DNA of 64,000 nucleotides. Origin: a virus. Positions 58,912-64,000 of this stretch are shown one piece after another. A program made the translations under genes and the position numbers. Each line of letters starts with the position of its first letter. The first letter of the stretch is position 1. The stretch spans positions 4,944-68,943 of the IMG/VR virus record IMGVR_UViG_3300037149_000094. One strand, given 5' to 3'. Below the pieces are notes generated by a model. The model was not told the DNA's origin, did no database searches, and saw nothing but the letters and a program-made list of their open reading frames with translations.

Positions 58912-60873
58912 TTAGTGACAACCGCCTATTTGAATCGTCGCACCGTTCCCAACGGTAACCGAACCACCTGCGCCAATGATAAACGCAGAACACGTCAAAA
59001 CCGGAGTAATCGTGTACGTAGCTGAACCAACCGCGCTATTCGTGTACCCTGCCGCGGCCGCAATCGCTTTTACCGTGGTGGTAGTCGCAACCGTCAGCGG
59101 CGCGGTGTAGAGCGTCGAGCTGGTTGTCGGTGTCGATCCGTCCACGGTGTAGTAGATCGAAGCGCCTCCGGTGACTTCCGAGATGGTCACAGTCTGCGTT
59201 GACGAGTAGGTTCCTGCGGCTGGCGAGAATGTCGGCGCTGAGGCCGTGGGCGTGCCGCTGGTGTCGAGCGGGTGCGGGTAGGTGTAGGGCGTGTAGGCCG
59301 CATTGGTCCACGTGTTCGTCGCCGTGCATTTGTCCAGCACGCCTTGTCCACCGCTCCCGCTGGTATTCCAGCTACCCTGATCCGTAGACCAATAGGCTAC
59401 GCCGGTTGTGCAGGTCGAGGGCCGAGCAGAGCGTGCGCCCGATCCTGTTCCCGTCGCACCCGTAAAGCTGGTGCATCCGCTTTGGCTGGTTGGATCGCAC
59501 CAGAGGTAGTAGTCCGAGTTGGCTACGAACGTGTTCGTGAAGGCGGTATTAATCCATAGGAAGTATGGCGTTTGGCTGGGAACAGGTGAGTAGTTGTCCG
59601 ACCACTCGTAGATAGGCTCGACCGCCTCATTGACCCATTGCCCTGTGTAAGATGAGCATCCCGACGGGTTCTGTGTGATGTCGCAAACGTTGTTGGATCC
59701 GCTGCCGTCAGCCGTGAATCCTCCGGTGAGCAGATCGCCGACGCCCATGCCGGGCTGGTCCATGCAGTGACGGCCCGTCAGCGTAGAGAGGTTCTGGTCC
59801 CATGCGGATCCGGTTCCATTGAAGGTGGTCCCGCAGTATCCCCATCCGTTCGGAGTGGCAGATTGTGTGTAGGTTCCTCCCGGAGGTCCAGTTGTGCGCA
59901 TCTCCTGAAACTGGAGCATTGCCGCGTAGCCGGTCCCGGTGGATGATGGGATTGTGTTCCCCCACATAACGCCGGTCCCGCTGCTGAGCCAGAATACCGG
60001 GCTCGCGATACTTCCGCTTTGGGCGTCAAACTGGTTCTCGTAAATCTCCCAGGCGCGGCATCCCCTGATTCTCCCCGCGCCGCCCGTTGGATGCGTCTGT
60101 AGGGCCGGTGCAGGATAGGTCATATTCATTGTGTTGAATCTCCAAACAAAGCTCCCGCCATCGGTGCAGTCGTCTCCGATCCCATTGTTGAAAACATTGT
60201 TCTCGACAAATATGAAGTTGGGCCCGCCGAGTCCCGTGCTATGCGCCCAAGCCTGATCACCAATTTGGAGAGAATCGCTGTAACAGGACCCCTGATTGTA
60301 GATGCGCAGTGAGTTGCTCGTACTCCCTGCGCCGTTATCGAATATCGAATGGTCAATGACACCGTAGAGGCATCCACCGAACTGCGCAACGTTGGTGTTG
60401 ATGCTGGTCAGTATGTGCATATGGTCCATACGGAAGTTGCTCGACAAGCCATCCACATAAAAGGTTCCAGCGTTCTTGGACGCGCCAGTCAGCAGTTGTA
60501 TTGTGAAACCAGCTACTCGCAGATGAGAAGAGCTTCCGGCTGTGGTGATCTGCATAAGGGGACTAGAACTGTTCGTCCCGTCGATGATCACAGTCTGGTC
60601 GCCGCCGCCTACCGTGGTCAGACTACCCGCACCGAGAATGCTGAGCGAAGTCACCACAGTAGGCACCGTGTAAGCGAGTTGACCGCTCCATCCAACTGCC
60701 GTCGTACAGGCTGGGATGTTGACCACTACCGTGGCCTGTGACGTAGAAGGCGAGGGAAGCGCGGCCAGCACGTTAGCAAGACTGCACGACGCCGCCGTGC
60801 AGGTCGCGGTGGTACATGTCTGAGCTGTCACGGGTACGGGCAGCAGAAGTGCCAGAAGAATGAGTCTTCTCAT
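58912..60873 (-). CDS. Beta-helix (pectin-lyase-like) spike/depolymerase with C-terminal Fn3-like CHB_HEX_C domain and signal peptide
   Basis: GVIDH..F, FVENN.F, VWRFN, WEIYEN beta-helix rungs; PTFSPAAGTY...IYYTVDGSTPT..S.LYT; start MRRLILLALLLPVPVTA-Q. Confidence 0.75.
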   Translation of the reverse strand: MRRLILLALLLPVPVTAQTCTTATCTAASCSLANVLAALPSPSTSQATVVVNIPACTTAVGWSGQLAYTVPTVVTSLSILGAGSLTTVGGGDQTVIIDGTNSSSPLMQITTAGSSSHLRVAGFTIQLLTGASKNAGTFYVDGLSSNFRMDHMHILTSINTNVAQFGGCLYGVIDHSIFDNGAGSTSNSLRIYNQGSCYSDSLQIGDQAWAHSTGLGGPNFIFVENNVFNNGIGDDCTDGGSFVWRFNTMNMTYPAPALQTHPTGGAGRIRGCRAWEIYENQFDAQSGSIASPVFWLSSGTGVMWGNTIPSSTGTGYAAMLQFQEMRTTGPPGGTYTQSATPNGWGYCGTTFNGTGSAWDQNLSTLTGRHCMDQPGMGVGDLLTGGFTADGSGSNNVCDITQNPSGCSSYTGQWVNEAVEPIYEWSDNYSPVPSQTPYFLWINTAFTNTFVANSDYYLWCDPTSQSGCTSFTGATGTGSGARSARPSTCTTGVAYWSTDQGSWNTSGSGGQGVLDKCTATNTWTNAAYTPYTYPHPLDTSGTPTASAPTFSPAAGTYSSTQTVTISEVTGGASIYYTVDGSTPTTSSTLYTAPLTVATTTTVKAIAAAAGYTNSAVGSATYTITPVLTCSAFIIGAGGSVTVGNGATIQIGGCH

Positions 60874-61616
60874 TTGAAAGCCACCGCCATTCCGTTCCAC
60901 ACACCGGAACTAGCCTGCGTGAAGTTGATTGCCGTAGTTCCTGAGCCGGATAGAATGTACTCTCCATCGTCCGTCGCGAAGTGGCTCGTATCGATCCCCG
61001 CCGAGTCCTGCGTCCACGGCGAGTTGGCTGATGTGAACGACGAAGTGTATGCCACAGTGGCCATGCCATAGAGTAATTCGCCACTTACCGATGGGGTAAT
61101 CGACGGAGAATTTATCGTCGTACCAGTCGTCCCACTCCCGGCAACGCTCGTATCATAGGTCCACGTGCCGCTCGACCGATGAAACTCCTCACAGCGCATG
61201 TCGGAGTTGTATGTGATCGCCGCGCTGGTGGTGACGGTAATAGTCGCGCCTGCGCCAGATGGAGCGTTGAGTAGATATGCAATCCATCCCGCCCGGGCCG
61301 AGGTATTTGTGAGCGACGGGCTGGTAGACGTTACTGTGTACGAGTTAGGAGTGCTGGCATTGTCCTGAACGTCAGAGATCGTCAACGTAGTCGGATAGGT
61401 GTAGAAAGAGCAGACTACGAGATTCCCTGCGGTTGGTGCAGAAGTCAGTGTGACGGCAACAGTAGTTCCGCTCGTTACCACTACGCCGTATTTCCCCTGC
61501 ACATCTGTAAATGTTGGTTCTCCTGCGCCAGTGGAGGCTCTGCCAGGACCGGGGAAAGGATACATCTGCGCGTGGATAGAAGCTGCGAATAAGATAAGCG
61601 CGACGACGATTTTCAA
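60870..61616 (-). CDS. Beta-rich tail-associated protein with signal peptide
   Basis: TTG start MKIVVALILFAASIHA-Q; TAGNLVV and GELLYG..MAVAFK modules. Confidence 0.65.
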   Translation of the reverse strand: MKIVVALILFAASIHAQMYPFPGPGRASTGAGEPTFTDVQGKYGVVVTSGTTVAVTLTSAPTAGNLVVCSFYTYPTTLTISDVQDNASTPNSYTVTSTSPSLTNTSARAGWIAYLLNAPSGAGATITVTTSAAITYNSDMRCEEFHRSSGTWTYDTSVAGSGTTGTTINSPSITPSVSGELLYGMATVAYTSSFTSANSPWTQDSAGIDTSHFATDDGEYILSGSGTTAINFTQASSGVWNGMAVAFK

Positions 61617-64000
61617 CGTGTCACCTTCCAATTCAGTGTGACTGCTCCTGGTGTGATACTTGAACCAGACCAGTTACAAACATCTACGTTCACATTCCCA
61701 CTGGTCGGGTATGCCGCGATGCTCAAGCCACCGCTTGTAGAAGGAGCATAGCCTGTAACAGTTTTGATACTCGCATTCGGTGTCCAAGTGATGGAGTCAG
61801 TGCTAGCTACTCCGGCTGCAGAAACCGTGACTACTGACGCGCACGCACCCGAGGATATAGCCGATGTTCCCAGCGTTGCCGTGCCGCTTGCGATAGTCTG
61901 CGTAATCGGATACTCACTGCCTGCATTCTCAGAAGCCAAGATGCGATGCGTAGTCGAATCAGCACGCAGGTAATCAACTCCACTGGTGGGAGTGCCTGCT
62001 GTCGAGGCTTCAGCCATAGCCAAACATCCTGTAGATGAACAGCCTGTGGGAGCAGAAGACCCGGTGGATAGCGCCGTGGCGTTTAACGGCTCAGTCGTGC
62101 TTACCGTCGTCCCGTTATCAGTGATTGATGAGTTGACAATTGAGTTCGCTCCGTTGGACTTTGGAATTGCGCCGGACGTGAGCGATGTGGATGTGGTGTT
62201 TCCGCTACCAGATACCGTCTGCCATCCTTGGGCGGTTGCCCCACTATTCATGCTCCAAACCTGATTGGCTGTGCCATTGGTGCTAATGCCTGCCGCCGCA
62301 TTCGCCGTGCACGATGCGCAGGTACCTGTCAGATTAGTAATCACGCCAGCGCTCGGTGTTCCAATGTTGGGTGTGGTGAGTACCATATTCGTAGCGTAGA
62401 CGCCGACCGGCAAGGTAGCGCTGATATACGGCACACCCGCGCTGGTTGTCTGGAACACTCCGCTGTTTACCGGAGCTATGTAGCTAGTAGTTCCCGAGGC
62501 CGACTGGTAAGGCACAGAGTTTACCGTTGTCCCCGGCAAGTTGCCACTGAACGTTGGGCAGGCCGTACTGGATAGTATACCCGTCGTTCCAATCTCTACA
62601 CAGTAGGTTCCCGATCCTGCCGCAATAGCAGGAAAAGTGATCGCACCGCTTGCTGTCAGAGTCGTGGAGTCACTCAAACTGTTGATCGTCAGGTTGCCGG
62701 ATGTGTCCACATGCATTGCACTGCTGCCGATGTTCAGCGTGCTCGACACACCGCGAATAAGAGGAGTTGTGACCTGGGTGATGGCTTGGAAATTGGTCGC
62801 GTAAGATAAACCTTCCTGCCAGCTTCCGAGCACGCCATTTGCGTCAGTTAGGACGGTAGCGCCAGTATAGGTGCCTACATAAGCCGTTGCTGGGAAAGTG
62901 AATCCGGAGGCCACGCTCAGCCCATGAATCTGAAAACCGTTAACCGTGGCCGTAGTAGTCGCATTCTGGAAGATCGTAGCCGTGGATGGAGTCGTGCCCT
63001 CGTTCTTCACTTCCATTCCATAGATATCGATGTTGCATCCGCTGATCTGGTTCAGCGTGGTTGTTGTATCTGTAAGATTGGATTCCTCGTAAAGATTGAA
63101 AATGTGTAACTCTGGAGGGATGCCGCCGTTGTAGGCGCAGTTGAATATGGGTTGTCCTGGTGCTGGGTGGCCGATGCTCAGATCACGAAACGAGATCCCG
63201 TTAGGCCATCCGCCGCTTGGGGTAGACGGGGAAACAACATTCAGCAACGTCGCACTAGTGTTACTGCCGTTCAGCATAATCGAATCGAAGTGTGCCGCAC
63301 AACACGGTAGATGCTGGCCACCTAATCCGACTTGCAACGCGTAGTTGGTGGGGTTGTACGTATAGATTTGAATGTCGTGCCAGTTCGAGGTATCGTTGCC
63401 CGCGCCGACCATCATGACCGCAGGCGCGGTAACTGTATACGAAACTCCCGTTGCATAATCGTCGTCCAGCAGGAAGAATCCACCAGCGCTGAAATACGCA
63501 TCGGCGGCGTTGCTAGTATCAGCCGTATACATCGCATACAACGCACCGTTAGATGTGCGGTTGTCTATCTCGCACGGCGACTGAGAAGCAGAGAATATGC
63601 TCTTAGGGCCTTCGATGCTGCTGCCGCCATATTGGTAGATTCCTGATTGCGTCCCGGTAAAGTTCGTCGTACCGGTTAGATGCCAACGGCAGTACGTCGG
63701 CAGCACCCACGTAACAGCGTCGAATGCCGTATCGCCAATCGTCATCTGTTGGTCTGGGTACTGCCCTCCGGTCTCTCCTCGCGAATCACAGACATGGCTT
63801 GTGTTCCCGTTCGCTCCAGTCTCGGCGTCGATGATGCACGCGTTGACACGCTCTGCCAAAGTCGATCCTGTGTAGTTCTGACTGTAGCTCACTCCGTTGA
63901 TCACCTTGCCAAATGCAAACCCGGGGAATGTGAATGAGTTGGCGATGGTGATTACAGGAGTGGTCGTTGGAGAGGCAATAGAGAATTGGCTAGATGGCCC
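61613..64000 (-). CDS. Tail fibre/spike protein, 5' end outside the window
   Basis: Frame stays open to 64000; T/S/G-rich; LTTPNIGTPSAGV.TN.TG fibre motif; beta-helix-like N-terminal part. Confidence 0.75.
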   Translation of the reverse strand, partial: GPSSQFSIASPTTTPVITIANSFTFPGFAFGKVINGVSYSQNYTGSTLAERVNACIIDAETGANGNTSHVCDSRGETGGQYPDQQMTIGDTAFDAVTWVLPTYCRWHLTGTTNFTGTQSGIYQYGGSSIEGPKSIFSASQSPCEIDNRTSNGALYAMYTADTSNAADAYFSAGGFFLLDDDYATGVSYTVTAPAVMMVGAGNDTSNWHDIQIYTYNPTNYALQVGLGGQHLPCCAAHFDSIMLNGSNTSATLLNVVSPSTPSGGWPNGISFRDLSIGHPAPGQPIFNCAYNGGIPPELHIFNLYEESNLTDTTTTLNQISGCNIDIYGMEVKNEGTTPSTATIFQNATTTATVNGFQIHGLSVASGFTFPATAYVGTYTGATVLTDANGVLGSWQEGLSYATNFQAITQVTTPLIRGVSSTLNIGSSAMHVDTSGNLTINSLSDSTTLTASGAITFPAIAAGSGTYCVEIGTTGILSSTACPTFSGNLPGTTVNSVPYQSASGTTSYIAPVNSGVFQTTSAGVPYISATLPVGVYATNMVLTTPNIGTPSAGVITNLTGTCASCTANAAAGISTNGTANQVWSMNSGATAQGWQTVSGSGNTTSTSLTSGAIPKSNGANSIVNSSITDNGTTVSTTEPLNATALSTGSSAPTGCSSTGCLAMAEASTAGTPTSGVDYLRADSTTHRILASENAGSEYPITQTIASGTATLGTSAISSGACASVVTVSAAGVASTDSITWTPNASIKTVTGYAPSTSGGLSIAAYPTSGNVNVDVCNWSGSSITPGAVTLNWKVTR

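Noticed and set aside
1..64000. Prophage boundaries, integrase, or stop-codon reassignment
   Set aside because: No integrase, att site or host genes seen; genes are full length in the standard code and TAA, TAG and TGA all serve as stops.

Overview
The window is most of a GC-rich tailed-phage genome with podovirus-like (P22/T7-type) architecture. No integrase, host genes or attachment site are visible. Minus-strand late modules sit at both ends. From 1 to 21.5 kb: tail/nozzle, adaptor, major capsid, scaffold, portal, a lysis cassette with a Tlde1-type enzyme, a tail fibre, Dps and small regulators. From 40.2 to 64 kb: a split large terminase, small terminase, a 3771-aa DarB-like methyltransferase/helicase, ejection proteins and tail spikes. 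A plus-strand early/replication block (21.7-40.2 kb) lies between them: repeat proteins, a putative annealing protein, HNH-AP2, a Cas4-like nuclease, a J-domain protein, a Rad50/SMC-like ATPase, an AAA+ ATPase, initiator, loader, DnaB, GroES and GroEL. The most unusual signals are: (1) at least 48 exact copies of the non-palindromic octamer GAGTCCTG/CAGGACTC on both strands and in several reading frames; (2) two covarying tRNA-like intergenic RNAs; (3) a solitary type I-C CRISPR repeat (RNA anti-CRISPR candidate); (4) tail-module proteins with Sec-type signal peptides; (5) an ORF overprinted inside the giant protein. All family calls come from recognising motifs by eye, not from database searches.
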